Assembly: GCA_024679065.1 (NCBI GenBank)
Contig: JAGIQG010000040.1
Location: 5,642,001-5,706,000, forward strand
Length of the DNA: 64,000 nt
Reading direction: 5' to 3'
DNA from: Sphyrna mokarran
Taxonomy: Eukaryota
Positions within the stretch are counted from its first letter, which is position 1. Every line of letters starts with the position of its first letter. The notes beneath the pieces are model-generated. The model was given only the letters and a program-made list of their open reading frames with translations, was not told the origin of the DNA and did not search any database. Of the stretch, positions 38,752-51,433 are shown piece after piece. A program made the translations under genes and the position numbers.

Positions 38752-39867
38752 GGACCTGCCGGATCCAAGTGGACCTGGGACTCAGTTGCTAAAGTGTAAA
38801 TATTGAACAACATTGTCAGGGATGGAAATTTGCAGCAGGAAGTCTGGCAGCGCATTTGCCCTTTTGTCACCATCCACCCTCTGTGAAATTTGTTCCCCAT
38901 TACCCATGGGAGATATTGTTTGGAGATTGCAGTTTGGGATTAACGTATACTACTTAGTGTATTTATCAGATGCTAACTCCATCCAAACTTGTAGTAGGTG
39001 AAGGTGCTGTCTTTTGACATATCCAGCTCTTTGGAAATTAAATTGATCATGATATCTGGGCGACATAATATTAGTGGGCAAAAAAACCTGACAGGTTAAT
39101 GTTTTTCAATTTTTTATTGAAATCAATCTCTGCTTGCGTTAATCCATGCAAAATAAATGATTTTGGTAAAAGCATTTTGCCACCCCGAGCAAGGAATTAC
39201 AGAATTCTGCCGAATAACACACGCTTCATTTCAGATAACTATAAAGAAGGGATAAATGCTATCCTTGTTTTAATTATTGATAGTTAATTCTGTTTATCCA
39301 ATATGACGCCATAAAGAATGAATGAAACGTATTCACATCAGCATGAAACTTTGCAGAGTGCATTTGTTGTTGTGCTGCACGCAGAGGGAAAATATTTTGT
39401 CCCATTCCTCCCAAAACCTGCCGGTAGTAGTCATGATTTTGTTCCAACCGTTACATTTTCAAACTTACCTGTGAAATGTGGAAATATTTTTGCTATTATT
39501 AACAGAGTTTTTTTTAATGAGGAATTTTTGAAATGAGATTCTCAGACAAGTTAGATTTTCTAATCTCTGTATTTTCATGGCACTTCGAAAAGAAGGACAG
39601 GACGATAGAGACAGAGACCAGAAGAAAGAGGGTGGAACCCTGAAAATGTCAGAAAGAGAAAGAGAAATAATCAGACTAAATAATTCTCTCTGAGCCTCAT
39701 TTATTGGTGCGCCACTTCGAATAGTACAGACAGACTGCCCTGAAAAGCAACCTCAGTTTTTGAGTAATGAAGCTAGTTCCTGATCTGGGTTACACTTTAT
39801 ATTAGTTTGGAAGAATCAACATATCGAGGATAACCTGTATTTTCTGCCGAACTCGAAAGGAATTACC

Positions 39868-40297
39868 ATGTATTCTCCTTGTTCCTTACTGATATAATGT
39901 TCTTGCTGAGTGTTGAGTCTCTGTGCAGTCAATGTATTATTATTGTGTTTAATTTCTGATTTTTGGAGCACTCTGGATTTGTGTTACAGGAAATAATAGC
40001 GATGATTCGTTGTCCCAGGCTCCTTCTGAATTAGCAATTCAGGAAGGATAGAGCACAATACAAGACTGTGGTTAGTCAACAACCTATCGTGAATCAACTC
40101 TATTCTAGGACACCCAGGGCCTTTATACTCAATAAAAATGCAGTGCGGATATTTATCTTAAGATTTGCCAGACTTTCTACTGTTTGCACAAAGGAAACAA
40201 ATCTGGGCTTTTAAATAATTCGGGGCTCTTCTCTTTGACAACGCTGTGCGTTTCTGGACCACTGCTGTCGAGATCGAGCGATTCCCGGAAAAAAACC
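39868..40297 (+). pseudogene. TCR V pseudogene (related to the V at 7698-8133) with degenerate RSS
   Basis: Leader-like ATG at 39868; acceptor gttacag|G at 39990; GNNSDDSLSQAPSELAIQEG*STIQDCG*STTYRESTLF*; CACTGCT-22 bp-AAAAAAACC at 40260-40297. Confidence 0.75.
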
Positions 40298-40699
40298 CAG
40301 ACTGGGAGTTCCAGTAAGCTGCCACCAGAGGGAGCTCTCACACCGATAAACAAATTCACTCTCCACTGAGAGAATCACACGTGCCTTCCTAAAACATCAG
40401 AGCAGAAAACAACCTCAACAACAGGAAAGGAACATTTGACAAATTATATTACTTAATTTTAACGCAGTTGAGCTCGCTGAGCTTCTTATATCTGATCTCT
40501 TTTGTTTAGCAATTGTCATTTGATCCAATTTCCGGCCGGTCAAGTATTCAATTTTGCTGTTTCAGAGAAAGTGCATACACAACGAGGACATTTCACACGT
40601 AAGTGACTGTGACCTTTAAAATATGATGTGGAGAAACAGGTCATATGCAGACACAAACTCAATTTACCAAGATAATTGTTGGGATGCGATCTTCACATG

Positions 40700-41065
40700 T
40701 AATCAAATCTTAAAGGTACAGAGAGTGTGAGTGGAGAGAGGGCCAAGCCCAAGTTAAAGAAATGTGTATTGTCTCCAGCCAGGAGAGTTAGTGAGATTTT
40801 CCAAGCCCAGGAAAGTCGTAGGGGTTACAGATATGTGACATGAACACAAGATGTCGGTTGAGTTCTCATGTGTGCGGAACTTGGCTATTAGTTTCTGCTC
40901 AGCGATTCTACGTTGCTGTGTGTAATGAAGACCACCTTGGAGAACACTTACCCGGAGATCAGAGATTGAATGCCTGTGACTGCTGAAATATTCCTCGACC
41001 GAAAGGGGACATTCCTGCCTGGTGATTGTCGAGCGGTGCTCATTCATCGTCGTAGTGTCTGCATG
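40700..41065 (-). mobile_element. Penelope GIY-YIG fragment
   Basis: ORF 40754-41047 MNEHRSTITRQ..DLRVSVLQGGL..AEQKLIAKFRTH. Confidence 0.85.
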
Positions 41066-41508
41066 ATCTCCTCACTGGTTTTGAGTGATTTCTTACTACC
41101 TTTAAAATAGACATTGAGAAAAGAATTTCCCCAATAACCAGGAAACTTCAGAATGCTTCCTTAATGCTGGAACGTTTGTGTTACTATGAGTAACCCAGAA
41201 TTTGCAGCTACTAATTAACAGAGCAGTGTTTCATTCCTGTAACATCATCTGGAAAAGTGTACCCGTTCCCCTATCGAGATGCTGAATGAGCCCAGCTCGA
41301 ACTGTTTTCTTTCAATATCAGCCAGCTCACTACTGAGAGATCTCACAGACTCATTGAGACATAATGCTAACTTAGCAGGAAACTGGAGACACTTGGATTG
41401 ACCCCAGGGTAATGACACCTCTTGTGTGCTGACAGTCACATGGCGGTTGTATTTGCCCACGATGTTGTGCAACCCGCAGAAAACAGGGGTTCAACTATAT
41501 TTAAATGC

Positions 41509-41821
41509 CGTCCTTGTACAGTAGTCAGACTGCTTTCCGTCACTGTGAGCCCCAGCGATAGCAGAGTAATACAGGGCAGCGTCAATCAGCTACATACCCG
41601 AGGTAGACAAATTGATGAATATATTCGGTGCCCGAAATTCTCCAAAGAAACGGATATATCTTCACCAAATATCGAGTTTTTCCTCAATATAAGCACGGCC
41701 TGTATATCTGGATATTGCCGGTATCACTATAAATTGCTCACTGCAGCATTATAAGGATAATTTAAAGTCTCTGTTTCTCCTGAGGACAGCGACTGAGTAA
41801 TAGAATCTCCATGACTCAGAT
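41509..41821 (-). pseudogene. TCR V pseudogene with RSS CACAGTG-23 bp-ACAAGGACG
   Basis: AG|DLSHGDSITQS..NL**YRQYPD..; frameshifted, ends IDAALYYSAIAGA; heptamer 41547-41541, nonamer 41517-41509. Confidence 0.82.
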
Positions 41822-42465
41822 CTTAAAAAATTTGTCCGAACGGACACAGATCGAACAGACTGAATATGCAAAATTCAGTTTTAAACTATGTTTATATAAT
41901 GAAAGTAAGTATGAAATGTGTTTGGTTCACAATTCTCCGTTAGGAATATTCCTCAAAAAACCCAAATGCCGCATTGTCACTCTGCATGGGGGGAGTTGGA
42001 TATTTGAAGACAAAATTTCCAAACTTCATCCTGTGCATGTTGCTGCCTGCCGTGTCTCGGGAGTTTCTCACTGCATTTCCCTGTGTCCGGGGTGGTGCTG
42101 TGGGGTTAGTAGTTGGTGAGCTGGCTACTAATGAATGAATTCACCCTGAGCTGCGTTCAGTCAGTGTTCTGATCGGACGAAATGGTTTCCTAGGTAGACA
42201 CGTGAGAAGACATTTGTAACCGGAAACATGGGGTTGCCGATAGGCTTTATTTATTCCAGCTTCAATTCTCTATCTCAGATTCCGGTAGAATCGATATCCG
42301 TGAGCGAGTCTCAGCTTCTTTCATCAGCTCGACAGAGGGACGCCTCAGTTGCAACTGGAGCGCGTTTGTGAATCCTCATTATTTCTTATGATTATATCCA
42401 TATCCCAATTCGTCACTGAACTCCCTGGACAATTGTTCCAGCAGAAGTTTCATGTGATCTGCAAA

Positions 42466-42798
42466 ATGCTCCGAATTTACAGACTCCCTTTGCTGTTTTT
42501 CAGTCTGACCTGCACTGGGGTGACTGGAGCAGATGAGGTGAAGCAGCTCCCTCGGTGGAAGGTTGTGAATGAAGGGGGAACCGTATCCATGAACTGTACC
42601 TCGACCATTGCTTTTAGCACCTGGTATTGGTACAGACAGCCCCCGAATCAGCCACCGCAGTATCTGGTGATGGCCACAAGAGAATCCGATCAAAGCGAGA
42701 GGATCATTGCCTCAATCGGCGGAGGCAACAAATTCAGCATCCTGACTGTGAGAGATGCCGGAGTTACAGACACTGCCACCTATCTCTGTGCCGTGAGG
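42466..42798 (+). CDS. TCR alpha/delta-type V segment, single-exon leader plus V (paralog of 12189-12521)
   Basis: MLRIYRLPLLFFSLTCTGVTG-ADEVKQLP..VSMNC..WYWYRQPPNQPPQYLV..DTATYLCAVR. Flanks at about 42080-43140 are an inverted duplicate of about 11830-12930. Confidence 0.9.
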
Positions 42799-42837
42799 CA
42801 CAATGTGACAAACACAGGGAGATCCCATACAAAAACC
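42799..42837 (+). other. RSS CACAATG-23 bp-ACAAAAACC
   Basis: Heptamer 42799-42805, nonamer 42829-42837. Confidence 0.9.
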
Positions 42838-44382
42838 TGCACCAACTGCGACAGACATCCTGGAGTATCAGTAGAGTGGTGGAATTATAAAAAAGGTTCA
42901 TTAACAGACGAAATGAGAGCAATGCAAAATAAAATATAGAATCTACTGATTAATATCCCGTCAGAAATGAAGTTAGATGAAAACAGAGATGGAGAAGGGA
43001 CACGGAAGCCGGAATAAGTGAGCAGCAATTGGAATTTAGAGAAGTTCAATCTTCATAGAGAAGTGGACAGAAAATGAGGAAATCATTGAAAAAGAAGTAG
43101 AAGAGACTGAAGAAAACAGAGTGTGATAGATTAAAGGTCAGAGTAAATAAAGAAAAACTTTAGCAAAGTAGATTGTGATTTTTCTTTAACATTACAAACA
43201 TTTACTTGTTATTTAAATTTTCTGAAACATGTCACCGAAAGGCCAGCAATTGGAAATCGCCCTATTGGTAAATTTCGGCTTTGCTCATGATCCTGATAGC
43301 GTATTTTCATATTCATTTCATTGCAGTGTTAATGCAATCCTTTTCGTAACGCCGTTAAAGAAAGATTTAAGCAAAAAAAAGGAGAACAAACTGTGTATGG
43401 CATTAAATGGATACAGAATCAGAGGTTTCTGAACTAAGCAACAGGCTTCAGAACACAAGAGGGCACATGTAAGCCTACAAGCACAATTGTTGAGAACACC
43501 GTTCAAACACATGGATCCGTTCAGTGACTCTTCATACCTTCAGCGTTAATCTCAGTGATAGTGTTTAAGAGAGACTGGGAAAGATGGTGAAGGAATGAGA
43601 GAGCACTATAATCAGGGAGAATAGAGCAAATGGAGGTATTTTCTGTGGAGCAGCAATTCTGTTCAGAAGTGATTGCCATACCTGTACCCAATCAAGGCAG
43701 GTTTGGAAAGGGTTGAAAAGGAGCAGAGACAATCAGCTAGCCCCCCAATGTGCGACTGGATGTCGGTATTTCTCGTGATCTTTATGCACTGAAGGGAGCG
43801 ATTAGCACACTGCGTTTTGAGCAGTCGATGTTAGAGAATGCGATGGTAATGTGGACAAACCATAAGTAATTTTCAGAGGCAAATGGATAAATATTTGACC
43901 AGCAAATAGAAATTTTAAGAATATAAGATGCAAGTGCCAATGAAGAATAACTGGATAACCCATCAACAGAGACAGTACGTGAGCAAGAGCCGAATGGTCT
44001 CTGTTAGTGCTATAACAACTTACGATTCCAAGATTATGAATAGCTCTTTTCAATTAGGAAGAGGCCAGAGCCCAAGTCTCGCAAAACAATTTACTTTGTT
44101 GCTACAGAGAGGAAGGAGATATTCGGAAGCAGTGACGGTTCAAGTGGTTTTCTGGTTTGAGAAACAGCCAATGGCTGAGTGGCACCGTGAGAAACGTCAG
44201 ATACCGATATCCCATAATTGTCCAATCGGTGACAGTGTGGCCCTTCGGTCTCACATTGAAGGGGAGAATGTAAAGCTCTCGCCTCTCCTCTTCCTCCCCG
44301 CCATTCAGAGTCTGGGCTTCCGCTGCAAGTCCCAGTCTTGAAAGTAGATCCTGATTGATGCTGTTGTGCACCTTCATCAATC

Positions 44383-44810
44383 ATGAAGAGAAATCCCCGC
44401 AAAGAGCTATTTCCAATTGGAGCTCTGATGCTGCTCATATTGTGTGAGTTTATTGATTTACTCAGACGGAATATTTTAACAATCTCTTCAAACCGTGTAG
44501 TTTATGAGTGGTTTTATTCTGTTCACAGCCGTTCGGTGTGAGGATCAGAGCTCCCATCCTCAGCAGGTCGTGTCTCAGGAAGGGGAGCGGGTTGAACTCA
44601 AGTGTCGGCTCTCTGTTGCTACAGGCGATACAGTAGCCTGGTACAGACAAGGACTGACAGGACCTCCGACATTTATCGCCTCCATTTACCAGGGGAATGT
44701 GACAGAAGGACGTTACACGCTGTCCTTTGATCGAGTAAAGAATTCCTACACCATTTCTATAGATGAGGCGACGGTCCTGTTCTCTGGGATGTATCTCTGT
44801 GCGAAGCAGA
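44383..44810 (+). CDS. TCR V segment (leader 44383-44443, V exon 44529-44810)
   Basis: MKRNPRKELFPIGALMLLIL|GTGAGT donor and CAG acceptor; ..VELKCRLS..VAWYRQGLTGPPTFIA..FSGMYLCAKQT. Confidence 0.85.
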
Positions 44811-44849
44811 CACAGTGAGACAAAGAGCGGATCCCCCTGTACAATATCC
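44811..44849 (+). other. RSS CACAGTG-23 bp-ACAATATCC
   Basis: Consensus heptamer; nonamer has 2 mismatches. Confidence 0.85.
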
Positions 44850-45285
44850 TGTTCACTGCCTTGTCTCCGCTGCACTTTTAAACTTTCTGCAAACCAGAAA
44901 TGTCGTTGATATTCTTCAATGTTACTTTCCCATCTTTAATGTTCTATCTAAATATATAGTTCTAACATCCCAAAGCTGCAATTAAAGATGCAGAGTATCG
45001 AAGCATATTAAATTAAAAAGAACTGTTTCATTGTTGCGCAAACAAATTAAAGAAACAGGCAGAAAAATCTACCTGTCAAATATCTAGAAAAACATTCGAG
45101 AAAAAGATAGATCAACAAGGATAAAGGTAAATAGACAGATTGATAAGAGGTAGAGATGTTCAGAGTCATATGCAGCAGGTAGGTGAATAGACTGATTGTT
45201 AACTTGCTTTTGCCAGTATACGTAAGAACTTTATATAATTATCCCTGTATGTGTCTTTATATTAATTCTGTTCTTGTTTTCATAG

Positions 45286-45605
45286 CTGTATCTTGTCACT
45301 CGAAGACATTTCAGATATCGATGTATTGGGTAAATCAAGGACAGACCATCTCTCTTCATCACAATATTACTGTTACCGGGAATGAGTTTGTATTTTGGTA
45401 CCGGCAATTCACCGATTAAGTTCCAGAGTATCTCGTTTCCACATTCAGAGCTGAAACAGCTGAGGGAAGGTTTAAAGTATTTGTGGACAGTGAGAAAGGA
45501 TCCACCAGTCTCACTGTTAACACGGTCCAACTGTCTGATGCTGCGGTGTATTACAGTGCAGTGAGACACAGTGAAACAAAGAGGTGCAAATCCTGTACAA
45601 TAACT
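45286..45605 (+). pseudogene. TCR V pseudogene (in-frame TAA, both canonical Cys lost) with RSS CACAGTG-23 bp-ACAATAACT
   Basis: ..TISLHHNI..FWYRQFTD*VPEYLVSTF..LSDAAVYYSAVR; heptamer 45567-45573, nonamer 45597-45605. Confidence 0.85.
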
Positions 45606-47529
45606 CACTCGACATGGGGACTGTGAAGCCAAACATCCCATGGCCTTTAGAAGAGAGCGTGATTCAAGTAATATCGACAGAAAGTGTTCTTCTTCTGACT
45701 TATATGATGGAATTAAAACAATATATTTTATTGTTTCTAATAATAGAACTTGCAGGGAAATCCACATTAGAAATATGCAAATTACTCTTTGACTCATCAA
45801 AAAACTGAGACAAATGATCTTGTATCAATATCAAGCAGCAAATGGGGAAAAATAAAAACAATAATAAACAGATATACAAGTGGTGACATCGAAGGAATGA
45901 AACCCATAATAAACTGCCGCAATGCAAATCCAGCGATATCATGTTACAATATCCGAGAATAACGGAGAGGATCATTGCTTCACTGATGACGTCCTCTTTC
46001 GCTAAACCTTGTAGAACCGTCAGTTCCCCCTGTCACAGGTGACAGCTGGAGTTACAGAAAATATCTGTCCGCCTCCACACCACAAACCGCAGTATATTTA
46101 GAGCAAGAGCTTGTAAGTGAATTACGGAAGATCCGGCACAGAAGGTCTTTTGGACAAGAAATTTTGGGTTTGAAACAGCTTTGCGACCTTTTGGCGACTG
46201 AGGTGTGTTCTTCACCTGGTCACCAAATGTTGAACATTAGGCTCTCAATTCTTCCGATATACCTAATGACAGGTGGTGAGAAGAGGAGAGTTTCCTGGTC
46301 ACACATACTGCAGGAAGCAGTGAAAGCCACTGCAGTAATTTGCCTGGCATAATCATGGAGTAATCGAATGGAAGTCTCTGGTCTCCTAGCGCCGTGTTAG
46401 AACTTAATTCTGGAGGTTGAGGGGGACGGGGAACTTAGGGAGGGGGACTTAGAGAGTGAACGATATAGAGCAGTGTATTCTAATGTCACTGGGCAGTCTG
46501 AATAAGACATTTAGAACAATATGGATCGTCAATATGGCTCCTCAGTATAACAGAAAGAGAAAAGGCGAGGATGGGCGAAAAGAGAGAGAAAGGTGTCTAT
46601 TCAAATTTGTGACAAAGTTCAATGTAACCGGCACATATTAAGATTCCCCAATCCCTTTACTCCAGGGTCAGAATGACGAGAATTTCTAACTGATAATTAA
46701 ACATTCCCACTGCCTCCTGTAGTGATAAAGTTTGTAACATCATCACAACTACATCTGGAAATGATATTCCTTAGGTTCGCAAGTCGCATTTGACCTCTGG
46801 AGTCTGTGAAAGGCACTATATCAGTCAGAATACGTTTTGTTTTTTCGAGGGATAGCTTTTGTAAAGGTTGCGTTCATTGTCTTTCTGATTCCATAGGGAC
46901 CAATAATGTTTATTTTAATTTCATTTTCATTGTTTTAATTTGTTTTTCCCAGATTGGGTTAATTAGTTGTCACCACGAATTGGGACTTCCCAGATTCCGT
47001 CTCCAGCCCCTTCAGAGATTCTTTCGACTTCAGGGGACACCGGCAGTCTATCCGGAACAACACTCCGAGAACTTACCGAGGAGACAGTGCAATGCTTAGA
47101 AATGCTGCAACGTAGGAGCTGTCAGCCTCTCGATGACCTGTTAAATCTGGGGTACCGTCTTCCCTCTCAGAGGAGGTGCTACATTGTCACTGTTTCCAAA
47201 AAGAGCAAGAGAAACATCCTGTTCGATATCTGTTCACCAGTCACAATGACTGACACAGATAGAGACCATAATATTACTAAATGAAATAATTTACTGATTC
47301 CAAAATAGCTGCTGCGTTTAGTACATAAAACCCTTCGGGACATTAAATTTTACAAATATTCTCATATTCATTCTCCTGTCCCGATGTTTTAATTTTGCAA
47401 TATATTTGTTATTAATAGAAGTATTTTCAATAAAAAATTGAGAAATCACTACGATTTCGTGTTCCATTTCAGACTCAGTCTGATCATAATGTTTGCCTCA
47501 CGCTCTGTTATGTTGAGTCAGGCTCTGAG

Positions 47530-47568
47530 AGTTTTTGTACAGGTTCAGCCCAGCTCTGTGTATCTGTG
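47530..47568 (-). other. RSS CACAGAT-23 bp-ACAAAAACT
   Basis: Heptamer 47568-47562 (last 2 nt non-consensus), nonamer 47538-47530. Confidence 0.85.
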
Positions 47569-48020
47569 GGTCTCAGTGCGCAGTAATACACCCCGGAGTC
47601 TGTCAGCTCTGTTTTAGACACTTTCAGCGGGACGGTGCGGGATGTTTCATTGAGCTCCGCTGAAAAACGATTCCCTGTGGATGTCTCTGTTTTGTCGCTG
47701 TGTCTATATCTCCTCAGCAGAAACTCCATGGAGCCGCTGGAATGTTGACGGTACCAGAATAAATAAGGATTGCTACTACTTGTAGCTGTGTAATTACAGA
47801 GTAACTGAACAACATCTCCTTCAGTGATAGTGACTGCAGCCGGTGTCTGTGAAACAGAATCTCCTCCACAGTGTCCTGTAAGAACACAAAGAAATACTAA
47901 ACTAAACAATGTGATTTCACTCTGACTCCCCCACCTACCCGCACCCCCACCAGAATATATCGTAATCTTGAGCAATAATCTCAGAAAGAAATCACACAGC
48001 ACAACAAAAATATATTTCAT
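47569..48020 (-). CDS. TCR alpha/delta-type V segment (leader from 48020, donor at 47950 or 47938; V exon 47875-47569)
   Basis: GDSVSQTPAAVTITEGDVVQLLCNYT..YLFWYRQ..MEFLL..DSGVYYCALRP. Confidence 0.9.
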
Positions 48021-49756
48021 CGTTCAGCGGCTGGAAAGGAAAAGTGGTTGTGGCGATTAAGTAAAGCTTTCACCATAAACATTCTGTTCCTTCTAACGAG
48101 ATCAGTTCCTCGCCTTTAGTCCCTATAATTGGAAACAGCTCACGGCCTGTCTATTTGAAGTGTGGTGTTTGCAGTTATTCACTGGTATCAGAGGAGTTTC
48201 AACCTGAGCCGAACTCATTCTCACTCATTCCATGTGGGAATTGTGCCTAATCCTAAGTTTGTTCGGTGTTGAGATCAGCGAAATCCTGATAATTTTTCGA
48301 TGTTGAAATCAATCCATTCCCTGACAAACTGACCCCTTACCCCTCGTATTGAGCGAAGAGCAGGATAGAATGTAGTGTGTGACAAAATTGTGCAGCACAG
48401 AGCGGATCAACTTGTGAACCTACCGGTTAAAAGTGCTGCCGCTGTCAGGAATAAATTCAGACTATAAGGAAACATGTTTGGAGAGACTCGCGGCGAATTT
48501 GACCAGAACGAGTTGAAGCTGAAGTCTTTTTTTAGTCAAAAATGGCAAAGATCGAGTCATATCCGGGCCCCTGTTGATTGGTTTACTGCTGAATATGTCA
48601 TCAGACGACATCCAATCACCTTCACGTTTCTTTGTTCTTCAATGCAACCAATGATCTCATCGTTCCTTTATCTGCAACTCACCCTGTTGGCGGAGAGATG
48701 AAAGGAACAAAGTGAATTTGGTCCCACGGCAGGGGATTACTTTCATTACTTTACCCTTCAACCTTCATTTCAGGAACTGACTAGTCTCCTGAGTATTAAT
48801 GGCTCTGTTTTGACATGGGGAATGACAATATTCATCTACACAACAACATAACAAGCAGTTTGTTTTGAATCATATTGGGAAAACAGTTATGGTGGGGGAC
48901 AATTTTTTTTTAAGTTAAGACTTCACTTCATAAGAAGTGATAGAATAATGAATGGCCTGAGATATTTCCATACGATGTTCCCTCAATTTGTAACTTTGTA
49001 GTGTGCGAAAACCTCTTCTAAAGTGGGAATATAGTTTGCCTCCCAATTGGACGACTGATCCAAAGAATGCCGAACAGGGGAAAGCAGAAAAGATCAATAG
49101 CTCCAATAAAACCTCTAATAAAACAACACAGGTGAGACGGATCAGGGTGAGAACAGCACAGGAAACCTGTGGGTGGGGCTATCATAAACAGTGTCATCAC
49201 AGGTAGAATTAGTCTGGAGAGATTTGAAGTCAATAATAATGTCATATTGGAATTCTATAACTTTGCCTCTTAGTAATAGCGGTAGGACTAGTAGGGTCGC
49301 ACCAGCAGTGTCAGGGTTCGTAAATGATTCAACACTATGCAAAATCTTCATCAGTGATGTGGATGGGAAGTGACACCATTAAGCTGAGCAGCTGTATTGG
49401 AGAAGTTCTCAATTAATATAAGCCTTAAATGTTTACGTTAGAGACTGGGAAAGGGAAATGCGTGCAATTTCCATAAATCAGGAAAGGCAAGAACAGTTAG
49501 GGGCAAATGGGCAGAGAAATGCATGAAAAGCAAAACAAGGGAGTTAAGGAATCTCAGATGGATTTGTCGCTGTTGTATCCGTTGCAAAGGTAAGTTAAAA
49601 TCACTAATGTTATTGTGAAACTGAACCAGTCAGTTGCTGTTTTTGAGTGTTGTGTTTTGTTGCACTTTAATGAACCTCTGGCACTCTCACTGCGGAATTT
49701 GAATTAGCCGCGCGTGTGCGCGCCCTGCTGGGAACTAACTGGAATTGTCAATATGG

Positions 49757-49988
49757 GGTTTTTGTACGGCATGCGTTATATCTCTGCAGCAGTATGGGCT
49801 TCATGGCACAGGAATATCGGACGTTATCGGAGATCACGGTATAACTGATCGTTAGCTTTGTAGTCTTGTTATTTTTATCAAATTTGGAAGAAAACTTATC
49901 TTAGAAGGTGGCTGCTCCTTTGCACATTCTCTCCAATAAAAAGAACCATGTACACTGGAGCTTTCCAGGCCTGCTGACTGTACCAGCA
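49757..49988 (-). pseudogene. TCR V pseudogene, 5' part displaced by a Penelope insertion; degenerate RSS CATACTG-24 bp-ACAAAAACC
   Basis: WYSQQAWKAPVYM..FDKNNKTTKLTISYTVISDNVRYSCAMKP; the Penelope end abuts the WY motif at about 49989. Confidence 0.75.
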
Positions 49989-50660
49989 CAGTAAGAAGTC
50001 TCACAACACCAGGCTGAAGTCCAAGCAATTTATGTGATAGTAAATCCACAAGCTTTCGGAAATGTTGTTCCTTCGTCAGTTGTATGGAAAGTTCTGATCA
50101 GAAAAGGGCATATAAAGGCACACACAGTTTCCAGAATACTAATGAGAATGCGAGTCTTTACAACTAACCTGTGATTCAAGTCTTAAGTGTGCAGACGATA
50201 TGAGTGGAGATATCATTAAGCATAGGTTAAAGAGATGTGTATTATCTCCAGACAGTACAGTAAGTGAGATGTTGCAATTTCAGGCAAGTCATGGGGTTAC
50301 AGATAGTGTGACATGAACTCAAAATCCCCGTGGAGGCTGTTCTCGTGTGTGCAGAACTTGCCTATCAGTCTCTGCTCAGCGATTCTGTGCTATCGTGTGT
50401 GATGAAGGCCGCCTTGGAGAATGCTTGCCCGAAGATCAGAGGCCGAATGCCCGTGACCGCTGAAGTGTTCGCCAACAGGAAGGGAACAGTCTTGCTGGTG
50501 ATTGTCCAGCGATGTTCATTCATCCATTGTCATAGCGCCTGCATGGTCTCCCCAATGTACGTTACTTTGGGACATCATTTCTTACAGCGTATTAGGTAGA
50601 CAACATTGTCCGAGTTGCAAGAGAATGTGCCGTGTACCTAGTGAATGGAGCTCTCAATTT
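49989..50660 (-). mobile_element. Penelope 3' fragment (GIY-YIG plus pLTR)
   Basis: Reverse complement of about 5630-6290 (YIGETMQAL*QWMNEH; pLTR with CTGACGA..GAAAGCTT). Confidence 0.88.
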
Positions 50661-50679
50661 TGACATGATGAATATGAAA

Positions 50680-51135
50680 TAAGATCAATATTTAAATGAT
50701 GAGCGATCACGAAATTCTGAGGTATAAATGAATTTGTCTGTTCTAGTCCAAAAATCACAAGGAATTAATGTACAAGTACAGCAATTAATTAGAAAATATC
50801 ATAGAATGTTATCACTTATCACAAGGGAATTTATTGCAAAAAATAGGTAGGGGATGTTTCCATTGTACAAGGCCATTGTGAGACCATATTTGGAGCATTG
50901 TGTAAAATACTTGTCTCCTTATGTAAAGAAAGATGTTAATGCTTTAGAAAATGTTCGTTGAAAGTTTGCAAAACTATTACCAGAATGAGCAGGTTATTTT
51001 ACGAAGAAAGGATGGTGATGCTGGGTTTACATCCATTGGAGTTTAGAAGAGAAAGAGGCAACTTGATTGAAGCCTTTCAAACCGTAAGAGGAATTAACAG
51101 GATGGATGTGGAGCAGACGTTTCTTCTTGCCCAGA
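50680..51135 (+). mobile_element. Degraded CR1 3' fragment
   Basis: LYKAIVRPYLEHC..; YEERMVMLGLHPLEFRRERGNLIEAF. Confidence 0.8.
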
Positions 51136-51433
51136 ATTGTAGCTGGACTGGATATTACTTGTCTCTATATTTCTCGGGATGTATCTATCTGGATTCTTGG
51201 TTCGGGCTCTGTTTGTAAGGCGATTGCATTGCCCACGCGAGGGCGCTCTGTGATCACTTACAAAACATCACGGCTTCCTTCTTCCGGAAGTTTCTATATA
51301 CCGGTATAAAATGAGAGGGGAAATAAAACCCCGCCAATCGTATTGCATACTCCTTGCTCTTTCAAATTCTCACATTCCAAGTCAGTTATAACCAGAGATT
51401 CGTGTTTCTGTTCCTGGAGTTCAGACTGTACCC

